Origin: an uncultured Acidobacteriota bacterium
GTDB lineage: Bacteria; Acidobacteriota; UBA6911; RPQK01; JAPXNP01
Direction: 5' to 3'
Length of the DNA stretch: 64,000 bases
Assembly (NCBI GenBank): GCA_963777605.1
Contig: CAVZRV010000035.1
Coordinates: forward strand, 32,001-96,000
Position 1 is the first letter of the stretch, and each line of letters starts with the position of its first letter. This document shows, in pieces, positions 1-9,457 of the stretch. A model generated the notes under the pieces. The model made no database searches and was not told the DNA's origin. It worked only from the letters and a program-made list of their open reading frames with translations. The position numbers and the translations under genes were made by a program.

Positions 1-122
1 ATGTTCTGAGGCCACAGGGTCTTCCAGGGCTTCCGCCAGGGCACGACACCCTGTTCCAGCTTCTCGAGGATCGCATCGGTGATTCGCTGATGGGCGGGTG
101 GGTTGGTTCGCTCGATCTTCAT
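1..122 (-). CDS. ardC: ArdC-family antirestriction/ssDNA-binding protein, N-terminal part (runs off window)
   Basis: Not in ORF track; manual translation MKIERTNPPAHQRITDAILEKLEQGVVPWRKPWKT matches the ArdC (DUF1738) N-terminal ITDxIxxxLExGxxPWxKPW signature; GGAGG RBS upstream. Confidence 0.8.
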   Translation of the reverse strand, partial: MKIERTNPPAHQRITDAILEKLEQGVVPWRKPWKTLWPQN

Positions 123-128
123 TGTTTT

Positions 129-270
129 GTCCTCCAGTGAAAGGGTTTTTCGGTTTCTTCACCCCGCCCTGAGAAACCAAAAACCTCGAACTGGAGGACC
201 CAGAGAAGGACCTGAAAGGCGACCGTCGAAGCGCCGGGCATCCAGAGTGACAGGCCCCGCCCTGGCGCGA
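129..270 (-). promoter_or_regulatory. Conserved upstream hairpin module, copy A (before ardC)
   Basis: IR gtcctccagt/actggaggac (129-138/190-199) enclosing a second stem; ctcgaa bulge; box tgacaggccccgccctggcgcga (248-270) shared with 2885-2907 and 22465-22487. Confidence 0.6.
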
Positions 271-578
271 GGGATGCTGCGCGAAGACGTAGCCTGGAGG
301 GTCCACGCAAACAAGATCGAGCAAGCGAGCCAACATCGCGACCAGAGCGAGAAAGAACATGAGACTGTCGGAAGCATGAGAATGCACGGCCGGAGATCCC
401 GTGTTCCGGCTACCCGCTACCGCGGTCTGCCTGCAGGAACGAGGCAGCACTGGCAGGATCCAGCCGGATGTCTGATGTGAGCGCACCCGGCTCTTCATTG
501 GCCGAGCCCTGACGGTCGTCAGCTCAGGCAGCGGCTTCGCACCATCGGCTCGACCTCAGTGAGTCGGACGAGCCGAGG

Positions 579-611
579 TTGCACGTCGGTATACTTTTGC
601 ACTATAGTGCA
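579..611 (+). promoter_or_regulatory. Sigma70-like promoter overlapped by probable TetR operator
   Basis: TTGCAC (579-584), 18 bp, TATAGT (603-608); perfect 14-bp palindrome tgcactatagtgca (598-611) just before the tetR ATG at 619. Confidence 0.65.
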
Positions 612-618
612 TGACCCA

Positions 619-1218
619 ATGAATCCGATTCCGACTCGGGCACCATCTTGGACGACGACATCAGATCGGATCTACAGGGCCGCGATCTCGTTGTTTCGGC
701 GGAGGGACTTCACTGAAGTGACGATCGAAGACATTACTTCTGCGGCCAAGACCTGTCGACGTACCTTCTTCAACCATTTCCCCACGAAGGAGCACGTTCT
801 CGCCCGACTCCACCAGGAACTGACGGCAGACTGTCTGGCACGGGCGGAGAAGGCCACACAACACGACGGCTGGGAACGCATCGATGCCGCCTTTGATGCC
901 TTTGCTGTCGCGGTCATGGCCGAACCCATCCTGGGCAGATCACTGCTTCGGTTGGTTTTCGTGAGTGATGTCCTGGCCAGCCAGGACCAGCAGGACGTTC
1001 TGATTCTCGGCGACTGGTTGAGACGCCAACTGCACGCCGCCATTGCCGCGGGCACGCTCGGGCACTGGATCGACCTCGAGACTGCTGGCTCACTGCTGAT
1101 GGGGATTCTCAGTTCCGGCACGACGCAGTGGCTGACCTCGTTTCCGAACGCACCGGTGCCACTCGATCGGGATTTTCGGTCGAAGCTGCAATTGGTCCGC
1201 AAAGGAATGGAGACCTAA
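619..1218 (+). CDS. TetR/AcrR family transcriptional regulator
   Basis: N-terminal HTH AAISLFRRRDFTEVTIEDITSAAKTCRRTFFNHFPTKEHVL. Confidence 0.9.
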   Translation: MNPIPTRAPSWTTTSDRIYRAAISLFRRRDFTEVTIEDITSAAKTCRRTFFNHFPTKEHVLARLHQELTADCLARAEKATQHDGWERIDAAFDAFAVAVMAEPILGRSLLRLVFVSDVLASQDQQDVLILGDWLRRQLHAAIAAGTLGHWIDLETAGSLLMGILSSGTTQWLTSFPNAPVPLDRDFRSKLQLVRKGMET

Positions 1219-2421
1219 GTGAGATTACTGTACCGACTCAGTTCGGCCCTCGCGATAGTAGTTCTGGTTCTTGGATGGGTCCTATACCTGGCGCGCAACT
1301 CGGCCGTGGCCGTCGTCATGGACCTGCTGCCCGTAGCCCTGACGCTCTTCGGCTTCAGCGTGTTGCTTTCGCTCGTGATCGTCCTGAGCTCGGCCCGAAT
1401 GCGTTGGCCAACCGTCGTCGTGGCCATCGCTGCGCTGGTTGGGCTGGGATTCTCGCTTTGGAGCCTCGTCACCAGAGTTCCCAGCGAGGACGTGGTCTTC
1501 ACGAGCGGATCCGTCGAACTCAGGGGCACGGTCTATTCTGCCCAGACGGAGAGTCATCCTCCGGGGGTTGTCCTCGTCCATGGTTCGGGCCGGGAAACCC
1601 GGTCGGAGCACCGGTTTTACGCCCGTTTTCTGGCCCAGAGAGGAATCACCACGCTGGCTTTCGACAAACGCGGAGCCGGGGCATCCGGTGGTAGCACCTA
1701 CGAAGCGGACTACCTTGACTATGCCGACGATGTCGTGGCGGCGGTCGAATGCCTTTCACGGATGCCTAATGTGGATCCAAACCGGATTGGGCTGGTCGGC
1801 TTCAGCGAAGCGGAGTGGGTTGCCCCGGTTGCGGAGAACCGCTCGGACTCGATCGCATTCATCGTGATCATTGGGGCATCAGGGTTGCGGCCTGTCGACC
1901 AAGTCGAGGAAGAAATCCGACTTCGACTCGACAGGAAGGGCTTTGCCGAAGCGGATGTGCAGAAGGCGGAAGCACTTTATCGCCTCTACGCAGACTATCT
2001 CCGCGGAAAGGCCGATGCCGCTCGAGTGCGGGCCGAGATTGAGAATGCCTCCCGAACCCCCTGGTTTGCGGCTGCAGAGGATCTCCCCGATCAGGTGTAT
2101 CCACGGGGGGAGTACGCCTGGTGGCGTCGAGTGATGGATTTTGACCCGTCACCGTACTGGCGCCGGGTTGACGTGCCCGTCCTGCTACTCAAAGGAATGG
2201 AGGACGATCGCTCCGCGGCCGCGCCCTCCGCCAAACGCCTCGAGGCCATGATTTCCGCTCCGTGCGATGTGCGCCTTTTCCAGGGAGCCGATCATATGCT
2301 GCTTCAGTGGCCCATCGCTCCAAGGCTTCCCCCTCCCGTTTTTGCCGACGGGTATCCCCAGATCGTAGCCGACTGGATCCTCAAGACCGTTCAGGGCTCG
2401 GAGGAGAATACTGGGCCATAG
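1219..2421 (+). CDS. Membrane-anchored alpha/beta hydrolase (S9/S15-like)
   Basis: Three N-terminal hydrophobic segments; VHGSG, FDKRGAGAS, nucleophile elbow GFSEA, GADH; abuts tetR stop. Confidence 0.88.
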   Translation: MRLLYRLSSALAIVVLVLGWVLYLARNSAVAVVMDLLPVALTLFGFSVLLSLVIVLSSARMRWPTVVVAIAALVGLGFSLWSLVTRVPSEDVVFTSGSVELRGTVYSAQTESHPPGVVLVHGSGRETRSEHRFYARFLAQRGITTLAFDKRGAGASGGSTYEADYLDYADDVVAAVECLSRMPNVDPNRIGLVGFSEAEWVAPVAENRSDSIAFIVIIGASGLRPVDQVEEEIRLRLDRKGFAEADVQKAEALYRLYADYLRGKADAARVRAEIENASRTPWFAAAEDLPDQVYPRGEYAWWRRVMDFDPSPYWRRVDVPVLLLKGMEDDRSAAAPSAKRLEAMISAPCDVRLFQGADHMLLQWPIAPRLPPPVFADGYPQIVADWILKTVQGSEENTGP

Positions 2422-2955
2422 CCCGCCTTGGCGCACAGGGTTCTTTCAAGGAGTCTTCCCGGACCAGATAGGAAGTGGAAGGAGGGCCGGCGGTGGCCGC
2501 CGGTCCGGAGGGAGGGCTCAAGGAAGACTCGGGCTGCTCCTGCAGCTCGAGGATCCGCGAGTAAGCGAGATCGGCGACCTTGGCGAGGACGAGCAGGTCG
2601 TCGCGGCTGAAGCTGCGGGTGGCCTTCCACGAGTCGCCATCCTTATAGAGGCGCTCGAAGGTGACCGAGTGTCGGATCCCTCCCGAGTTGTCGTTCGTCC
2701 AGATGGCGGCTTTGATGGAGCCGATTCGGACCGTCGCTGTGGGTTTTGTGTTTGCCATGATTCGTTTCTCCTTTTCTGTGTGATTTTTCTTTCGCCCCGA
2801 ACTTGAAGAAAAATCCACAGAACTCGAAGGGAGAAACCCGCACCCGGTCGGCGAGGGGCGAAAAGTCCGGACAGGCAACAGGAATGACAGGCTCGTCCCT
2901 GGCGTGACCGTTGCCCGGACCGCCCAACGCCGATCGGACAAAGCCTGGGCATGGC
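1736..2955. repeat. ~1.2-kb direct repeat, copy 1 (3' part of hydrolase + small gene + upstream module)
   Basis: Aligns by eye with 21319-22535 from tggcggcggtcgaatgcc to gggcatggc, with scattered substitutions. Confidence 0.92.
2381..2758 (-). CDS. Small conserved mobile-element protein, putative PC4/Whirly-like ssDNA binder, copy 1
   Basis: MANTKPTATVRIGSIKAAIWTN...SVTFERLYKDGDSWKATRSFSRDDLLVLAKVADLA; AAGGAG RBS; present in three copies; fold is inference. Confidence 0.75.
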   Translation of the reverse strand: MANTKPTATVRIGSIKAAIWTNDNSGGIRHSVTFERLYKDGDSWKATRSFSRDDLLVLAKVADLAYSRILELQEQPESSLSPPSGPAATAGPPSTSYLVREDSLKEPCAPRRAMAQYSPPSPERS

Positions 2956-3354
2956 CAACCACGAAACCCAGACGGGCCGATCGAGTCCTTGCGAAGCTGG
3001 ACTACTGATTGAACTCAAGAACGGGGGTGCACCAATCTGCCACCTCGGGCCTCTACGAGCGGTTGTTCAAACGGAGAACCGTGATCCGGAAGACAACCGG
3101 CGGGCGCAAGAACGTTGCCGACGTCCAACTCGCTCCGGCGCGAGGCCGTCCAATCAGAATCCCGTTGACGGAGTGTCGACCGGGGACTATCGTCGATCTG
3201 TCCTGGATGAGCCGCCCATCAGGGAAGTTGAAGTGAGTTTTCCAAGGAGGTTTCGTTACACTGCGGCTTTCGTGATACTCCTGGTGCTGGCTGTCTGGCT
3301 CGCACTGGATGACGAAGGGACGAGCCCCAACCCGTTCCAACAACCCAAAACCAA

Positions 3355-3385
3355 CAACGGGGTAGGGAAATGTCATCGTCGAGCA
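3355..3385 (-). mobile_element. Isolated terminal-repeat remnant related to the element at 18896-20909
   Basis: Minus strand tgctcgacgatgacatttccctaccccgttg resembles both ends of that element (tgctcagcgacaattacatctccct; actacatttccctaccccgttg). Confidence 0.6.
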
Positions 3386-3430
3386 AGTGTCCGTCGAAAC
3401 GACACAATGGAGTGCAGTATGCAGACTGAT

Positions 3431-4240
3431 CCTTCGTTTCCGGATCCGCCTTGCGGCAGATGTAGGGCTCAATGTGGTGCCACTGCACGTAGCTGTAGAA
3501 AGCCTGGTTGAACTCGACTTCTCCGTAATGCTCGGCCAGAACGGCCAGTTTCATCTGATCGTAGACGATCTCCTGCGGGATTCCTCCGAAGTAGCGAAAG
3601 GCCGCTTCATGAAACGACAGCAGCATCTGGGTATCGATCGGTCGATCGAACCACTCGACGTACTTGTGCCGGCTCGACGACAGCACCATCGCCACAAAGA
3701 AAACACTGCGCCGACGATCCCCGATCCGCACGCCCCGCTTCTCGGCCAGGTCCACCATGGCTTGTCGGCCGGGCGGTGTCTCGAACCGCCGGTAGACTCG
3801 GTTTGGTCGGAAGACCGGACGCAGGCTCTCGATGAAACGCCGCACGCTGCGGGTCGATCCCTCGTAGCCCAACTTCTTCAACTCGTGATAGATCGCTTCC
3901 GCGTTGACGACACCGTCCTCGGCCATCCGCTTGACCCGGGTCTGGATCCAATCCTTGTAATCGTCCAGTTTCCGGCGGCGTTTCTGCGGAGCTTCCCGTT
4001 CGCCGGCGATCTCCTCCATCGTCTGGTCCCGGTACTTGCGGACCGTCTTGCGGTCGATCTTCAACTCGCGCGCCACTTCCGACACCGTCCTCCCAGCTGC
4101 CAACTTCACCTTGATCTCGTTCACTGTTCCCCAACCTTTCAATCCGATGTCCTCCCTTTCGGGCGAACATCCTACGTTCCGGTCTTGAAGGTGGGGAATT
4201 TTATTGGCCAAAAAGTGGGGAATTTTGTTGGCCGGTCACA
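3431..4240 (-). mobile_element. istA: Truncated IS21-family element (left end plus 5' part of istA, TTG start ~4142)
   Basis: End TGTGACCGGCC with tandem ggccaa.aaaattccccac repeats; HTH, RFETPPGRQAMVD and IPQEIVYDQMK motifs; homology stops at KADPETK before the catalytic E; no istB. Confidence 0.88.
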
Positions 4241-4252
4241 GATGGGTTTCAC

Positions 4253-5455
4253 TCAGAAATCATTGTAGTGCTTGTCCTCACATTCCGGGCAGATCCCATG
4301 TGAGAACTCCGCATCAGAATGATCCCGAACAAACTCTTCGACTTCGTTCCAGTAGCCCCCGTCGTCGCGGATCCTTTTGCAGTGCATGCAGATCGGGATC
4401 AGTCCTTCAAGGGTCCGCACCTGTTTGATCTTTTCCTGCAACTGGCCGATCAGGTCATCCCGCTCCAGTTGGATCTTTTTGAGGTCAGTTACGTCCGATC
4501 CGACGCCGATCAGGCAGCGGTCGCGAAACTGTGAATTCTGCCACAGGATCGAATGCCGATTTCCCGAGATATCTCGGACGGTCTCTTCGTAGAGCGCCTG
4601 CCCGTCACCACTGAGGGCAAAGCCTGAAATCCGCTCCTTACGCTCATTCGGGCAATCCTCATCCGTTGACGAAAGCTGGTACCACCCGTCTCCAAGGACT
4701 TCTTCCTGCTTGAATCCGAATGTGCGCTCCACCGAAGGGCTTGCATAGATGACTTCCCCGTCGGAGTCCGCCACAAGGATGATGTTTGAAACGGACGACA
4801 GGATCTGGTTTGCGAAGTCTGCCTCCGCGCTTGCTTTCCGATGGGCTTCGGTTTCAAGTTCAAGAGCTGAATATGCTTCTTCCAACGCGCGGAAGTGGGC
4901 CTCATCCCTTATCCGAGTCCGTTCTTTCTCAATTTCGTTCTTGACGACAACATGCCGCAAAATATAGGCGATCAGGAGAGCAATAACGATCGGGAGTATC
5001 AGGTAACCCGCACCCCTGACAGAGGGGATTTGTGAGACGACGGCCACCCACGTGACAAGAGTGAGGAGATGGAGTCCGATCAAGTGGTGAAGGGGCAACA
5101 GGATAAAACCGGCACCCATGAGTAGCAAAAGGACATTCACCGAGTACCGCAGATCCACTGATAGGAGGAGGACGGCCTGCACGTTGATCAGGATCAGGAA
5201 TGCGGCACCCAGTGCGGTCCCCTTTGTTCGACTGTAGCGGGTATCGGGGTCGCGGATCAGAAGGTATCCACCGAAAAGCAGGAGCGCGGTGAGGAAGGCA
5301 AGCGCCGACAAGTACGTGGAAGCTGGGGCTTTGAATCGTGAGAAGTCCAACCCGATGGCGATAAGATAGATTCCTGCAAGGCTTGGAAGTGCAAGGCGGA
5401 GTGCCCGTCGTGTGACTTCAAGCAACACTTCATCGTGCAGGGGCTGATCAGTCAT
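4253..5455 (-). CDS. Membrane PAS-domain sensor with C-terminal CxxC...CxxC domain
   Basis: About six TM segments, PAS (IYASPSVERTFG), C-terminal LIPICMHCKRIRDDGGYW...SHGICPEC. Confidence 0.8.
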   Translation of the reverse strand: MTDQPLHDEVLLEVTRRALRLALPSLAGIYLIAIGLDFSRFKAPASTYLSALAFLTALLLFGGYLLIRDPDTRYSRTKGTALGAAFLILINVQAVLLLSVDLRYSVNVLLLLMGAGFILLPLHHLIGLHLLTLVTWVAVVSQIPSVRGAGYLILPIVIALLIAYILRHVVVKNEIEKERTRIRDEAHFRALEEAYSALELETEAHRKASAEADFANQILSSVSNIILVADSDGEVIYASPSVERTFGFKQEEVLGDGWYQLSSTDEDCPNERKERISGFALSGDGQALYEETVRDISGNRHSILWQNSQFRDRCLIGVGSDVTDLKKIQLERDDLIGQLQEKIKQVRTLEGLIPICMHCKRIRDDGGYWNEVEEFVRDHSDAEFSHGICPECEDKHYNDF

Positions 5456-5826
5456 CTTTTCGGCTCCTTGGCGCTCCGGGCGAAACACCGATGGCTCAAA
5501 CCATTGAGGCGGTCAATTATGCGGGATTCCCTATGCTGTATGAGAAGTGATGGCAGTGTTCAAAATGATCAGTTGGCGTTTATACCTCGCTCTTGGGCCG
5601 GTCAGGAAGCCTAGTATAGATATTTCGAGTAATTCAATGCCTCTCCGATACTTCCGGATCCAATCATTGAGGTGGATGGGGCGCTTTTGTTGACACCGGC
5701 GAGTTTGTCGTCCGGAATCGCCGGTTTGAGAGGGGACCAGGGGGATGACTGGACGCGGGGGGGCGATCGCCACCCGGTGACGCGGAGGTATCTGAGATGG
5801 AATCGGGGGTGGTGATCAAACCATGA

Positions 5827-6105
5827 TTACCTGCCTGCGCCGTCGAGAGGAAGCCGAGGGGTGGAAGCCGGAGTGTGCCGGGTGTCCGGTTTGACGGAGC
5901 GGATGACCAGGTAGAGCTGGTTCTGAGCGCTGTTGACGTATCCCGAGACGCAGTAGCCGCGGTCGGCGGCGATGATCTGGGATTTGGAGAAGTCGTACAG
6001 GCGATAGACCCGCTGGGTATCGCGGTCCTTCATGCGGAAGACGACACAGGAACGACATTCCGTCCGGGAAAGCAGCACGAGGTGATTGGCGCTGAAGTTG
6101 AACAT
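5827..6105 (-). CDS. Hypothetical protein inside IS21, downstream of istB
   Basis: Plausible beta-rich 92-aa ORF MFNFSANHLVLLSRTECRSCVVFRMKD... lying inside the IRs. Confidence 0.55.
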   Translation of the reverse strand: MFNFSANHLVLLSRTECRSCVVFRMKDRDTQRVYRLYDFSKSQIIAADRGYCVSGYVNSAQNQLYLVIRSVKPDTRHTPASTPRLPLDGAGR

Positions 6106-6180
6106 GGAGACGGCCGTTGGCGCAGAACCCGGGGGCGACCGCATGAAGCGAGCCGCCCCATCGGCAGCGCCGTTGAGGGG

Positions 6181-6993
6181 TTAGCCCGCCGGACTCCTCC
6201 GGTCAGGGTTATCATCACAGGGCGGCGCTTCTTCTGAACCGGCCTGGGGCTTGCGAGGCCGGGCCTTTTTCGCTTTGCGCAGCGACTCCCCTCCGAGCAG
6301 GAAGACTTCGGAGTTCTCCACCAACCGGTCGGCGATGGCGGTGGCGATGGTGGTGTTGTAGAGGATATTGCCCCAGTCGGAGAATGGAGTGTTCGTCGTG
6401 AGGACCGTGCTGCGGCGTTCGGCATGGCGGGTGGAGATGACCTGGTAGAAGAGGTTGGAGGTCTGCTGGTCGAGGGAGAGATAGCCCACTTCGTCACAAA
6501 CGAGAAGCGCAGGAGCGGTGTAGACCTTGAGCTTGCGGACGAGCGAGTGGTCGAGCTGGGAGGCCAACAGCTGATTGAGCATGTCCATGGCCGAGGTGAA
6601 CAGGACGCGATGGTTGGCCTGACAGGCCTTCCAGGCGATGATCTTGGCCAGGAAGGTCTTGCCGACCCCGGGGTTGCCGATGATCACCAGATTGGTGCCT
6701 TGGGCGATGAAGTCGAGATCGAGCAGTCGTAGAATGCGCGACTTCAGGCTCAGGCGGGACTTGTGATGCTGGAAATCGAAGTCCTCGATCCCGGAGCGGA
6801 CTTGCAGGCGGGACTGGCGAAAGCGTCGTTCGACCGAACGGCCGCGCCGCTCTTCCAGTTCGAGATCGGCCAGCCATTCGAGTGAGGCGGCCAGGCTGAG
6901 GTTGCGACGGGAGGCTTCGGTGAGCACCGTCTCGAGTCGACTCTGCATGCCGACGAGGCGCAACTCGTCGAGTTTGGATTCCAGGGAAGTCAT
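6181..6993 (-). CDS. istB: IS21 helper AAA+ ATPase
   Basis: Walker A GNPGVGKT, Walker B LLVCDEVGY, TTN and AIADRL motifs. Confidence 0.96.
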   Translation of the reverse strand: MTSLESKLDELRLVGMQSRLETVLTEASRRNLSLAASLEWLADLELEERRGRSVERRFRQSRLQVRSGIEDFDFQHHKSRLSLKSRILRLLDLDFIAQGTNLVIIGNPGVGKTFLAKIIAWKACQANHRVLFTSAMDMLNQLLASQLDHSLVRKLKVYTAPALLVCDEVGYLSLDQQTSNLFYQVISTRHAERRSTVLTTNTPFSDWGNILYNTTIATAIADRLVENSEVFLLGGESLRKAKKARPRKPQAGSEEAPPCDDNPDRRSPAG

Positions 6994-8468
6994 TCGTCGT
7001 CTCCTTCTTCGAAGATCAAGGCGTCATAATCCAGTAGGGACAGCGGATCGGTGGCGAGCTCGTTCAGGCGGGGATCCTTCAGGCGCAAAGGCGGTTCGGG
7101 GCGACGCAAGTGCTGTTCCTGGCTGAGGAGATTGGCGATGTAGTCGGCGCCGTAAGCGCCGGCCGCATGCGCTTTACCCAGCGCTTCGGAAACCGGTTCC
7201 GGCCCGTAGAGACGGACCAGCTCCAGCAACTCGGTGATCTGGCGGGAGAGCGAGCGGTCGGTCTCGGCCAGAGCCCGCAGGTAGGTCTCGACCGCCGGTC
7301 CGAGCAAAGCGATGAGGCGCGCCTGCGCCTGGGAGGTGCGGGCGGCCGGGCGGCTGTCGACGAGTTCCTCGCGGAAGCGGTCGGCCCCGATCACCTGACC
7401 GCGGCGCCACGAGCGGGCGTAGGAGGTGACCTCGCGGCGGCCATCGTAGAGGGTGACCGACTGGGCGTCGGCCTTGAGGGTCAGCAGACGGCCGACGTAA
7501 CGAGGGGGAGTGCAGTAGCGGTTGCCGTCGAAGTGGACCCGCAGATCCTTGTAGACGCGGACCTGGGCCGTGTCGCGATAATCGGGATCGAGCGGCGGCA
7601 AGGGCCGCAGAGCCTGGGGCTGGAAACGCTCGCGGGGCGTCTGTCGCGTTTCCCGATGGCGGCGCTGGTGCGCCACCTCCTCCAGCCACTGGCGGACCTG
7701 ACGATTGACGTCGACCAGATCGCGGAACGTCCGCAGCGGCCAGAAGCTCTGGCGCAGGTAGCGGATGCCGGCGCGCTCGACGGTCCCCTTTTCCCAGCCG
7801 GCGGCTGGATTGCAGGCCCGGGGATAGAAGCCGTACTCGCGCGCAAAAGTCAGGAAGCGCGGCTGGAAACGGACCAGGCGACCGTCCCGTTCCGCGACGG
7901 CAGTCAGCAGATTGTCATACCAAATCTCCCGACTGACACCCCCGAACGCCCGGAAGGCGTGGATATGACCGCGCACAAAAGTTTCGAAGCCCTGGCTGTG
8001 AGTGAACTCGACGTACAGGAGCCGGCTGTGGCAGTCGACTAGGACGAAGGCATAGAGCTTGCGGCGGTCTCCCTCGTATTCCAGTCCGCCGAAGTGGCCC
8101 CAGTCGACCTCGAAGCGCTCGCCGGGTTGCGGGTCCATGCGCAGAAAGGCTCGAGCCGGCCGACGGGGCCGCACCCGCGCCAGGTAGTCGCGCAGGATGC
8201 TGACCCCGCCCTGATAACCCAACCGGCGCAGGTGCTGAAGCAGGACCGAGCCTGGGGCCCGGGGGTCCCGTTCCAACAGATCGCGAAGGATCGGCTTGAA
8301 AGGGTCGAGCTTACTGGCTCGCGGCGGCATCGAAGCCCGGGCGACGGGGCCGTTGCGGTACTTGCGGACGGTCGTGCGGCTGACGCCGAGATGACCGGCG
8401 ATCTTGCGGATCGACCAGTGTTCGCCGTGATGGAGTCGATAGATGGCATCAAGGATGGCCGGGTCCAT
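6990..8468 (-). CDS. istA: IS21 DDE transposase
   Basis: HTH, SKLDPFKP, EVDWG, IWYDN, EKGTVER; AGGAG RBS before ATG 8468; ATGA overlap with istB. Confidence 0.95.
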   Translation of the reverse strand: MDPAILDAIYRLHHGEHWSIRKIAGHLGVSRTTVRKYRNGPVARASMPPRASKLDPFKPILRDLLERDPRAPGSVLLQHLRRLGYQGGVSILRDYLARVRPRRPARAFLRMDPQPGERFEVDWGHFGGLEYEGDRRKLYAFVLVDCHSRLLYVEFTHSQGFETFVRGHIHAFRAFGGVSREIWYDNLLTAVAERDGRLVRFQPRFLTFAREYGFYPRACNPAAGWEKGTVERAGIRYLRQSFWPLRTFRDLVDVNRQVRQWLEEVAHQRRHRETRQTPRERFQPQALRPLPPLDPDYRDTAQVRVYKDLRVHFDGNRYCTPPRYVGRLLTLKADAQSVTLYDGRREVTSYARSWRRGQVIGADRFREELVDSRPAARTSQAQARLIALLGPAVETYLRALAETDRSLSRQITELLELVRLYGPEPVSEALGKAHAAGAYGADYIANLLSQEQHLRRPEPPLRLKDPRLNELATDPLSLLDYDALIFEEGDDE

Positions 8469-8544
8469 AGCGAGGTCTCCTGAACTCAGGCTTCCTGATA
8501 CCCCGTTCGAGGTCGATCCGACCAGAGCGATGTTGTTTACAAGA

Positions 8545-9000
8545 TCACGCGGCCTCCTCTTGGTTTCCTTCAACCTTCTGGAAAATGAGGAGTTCGGAGA
8601 GAGCCACGTTGTTCTTTACAAGCTCGACCGCCTCACGTTGGATCAGCCAAACTTCTGAAGTCAAAGACTTTAGATCCAAAGCTACGTTGTTCTTTACAAG
8701 ACGATCGAGCCGGCGACGCCGATCGCGGAGGCGCTGTTTTCGACGGTTCTCCTCGGTGTACCGGGCATGGCTTTCCCGGTACCGGCGCTGGTAGTCGGGG
8801 TTGTGGGCGCGCCACTTCTGCCGGCTGTCCCGGCAGGTCTGCTGGTACTCGGGATCGGACTCCAGTTTCTTGCGGTGATACTCCCGGCGGCGCCGACGTT
8901 GGCAATCGGGGTCCGAGCAGATGCGCTGTTGCGGGCAATAGGGGGACGGGAGGAACTCCCGATGACAATAAGGGCAACGGTGGCCGGCACTCCTTCCCAT
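8545..9000 (-). CDS. Cys-rich basic accessory protein upstream of istA
   Basis: CPYCHREF...QRICSDPDCQRRRRREYHRKK; C-terminal LVKNNVAL repeats; inside the IS IRs. Confidence 0.7.
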   Translation of the reverse strand: MGRSAGHRCPYCHREFLPSPYCPQQRICSDPDCQRRRRREYHRKKLESDPEYQQTCRDSRQKWRAHNPDYQRRYRESHARYTEENRRKQRLRDRRRRLDRLVKNNVALDLKSLTSEVWLIQREAVELVKNNVALSELLIFQKVEGNQEEAA

Positions 9001-9457
9001 CCGCCGACTTTGCAACGAGTCCGTCTCGGAAGGAAAGCGCCTCGGCGCTCGCCCGAGTCTATACAACCTCTCTATAGAAATCTTCTATAGAGTTTCGTAC
9101 CGCCTCCTGGCCGATGGGGCGGCCTTCTTTCTTATCGGTGAAAACGGCCTACTTCGTAGCCGGTGTCTACAGCTTTCCGCAGCATTGGATGATCTCCTGC
9201 TCAGTCTCGACCGCGGAGAGGCCGACATCGGCTTGCCTAAAGAATTCCAGCACGAACTTCTGGAACTTGCGTCAATGGACCCGGTGGGGACCGCCCTGTC
9301 AACGGTATGGGCAAACGCTTCGAGCTCCTGAAGTGTGGCCGGGCCCATGGCAGAGAATATCACCTTTGCTTCACCAGTGCGCGCCTTTCAAGCTTCGCCT
9401 CGTTGCGCACGGAGATCGAGTTCTGCCTGTAGGCGATCGTCTCCTATTTCCCCTGAA

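Larger units (their letters stand above)
5688..9171 (-). mobile_element. Complete IS21-family element with two accessory ORFs
   Basis: Terminal IRs TGT(T/A)GACACCGGC; 5-bp TSD gcttt at 5683-5687 and 9172-9176; istA and istB inside. Confidence 0.93.

Noticed and set aside
5531-9363. Gene interrupted by the IS21 (…IIQCCGK|RPIHLNDW… reads through the TSD)
   Set aside because: Frame continuity is visible but no family was recognised and upstream frames are broken
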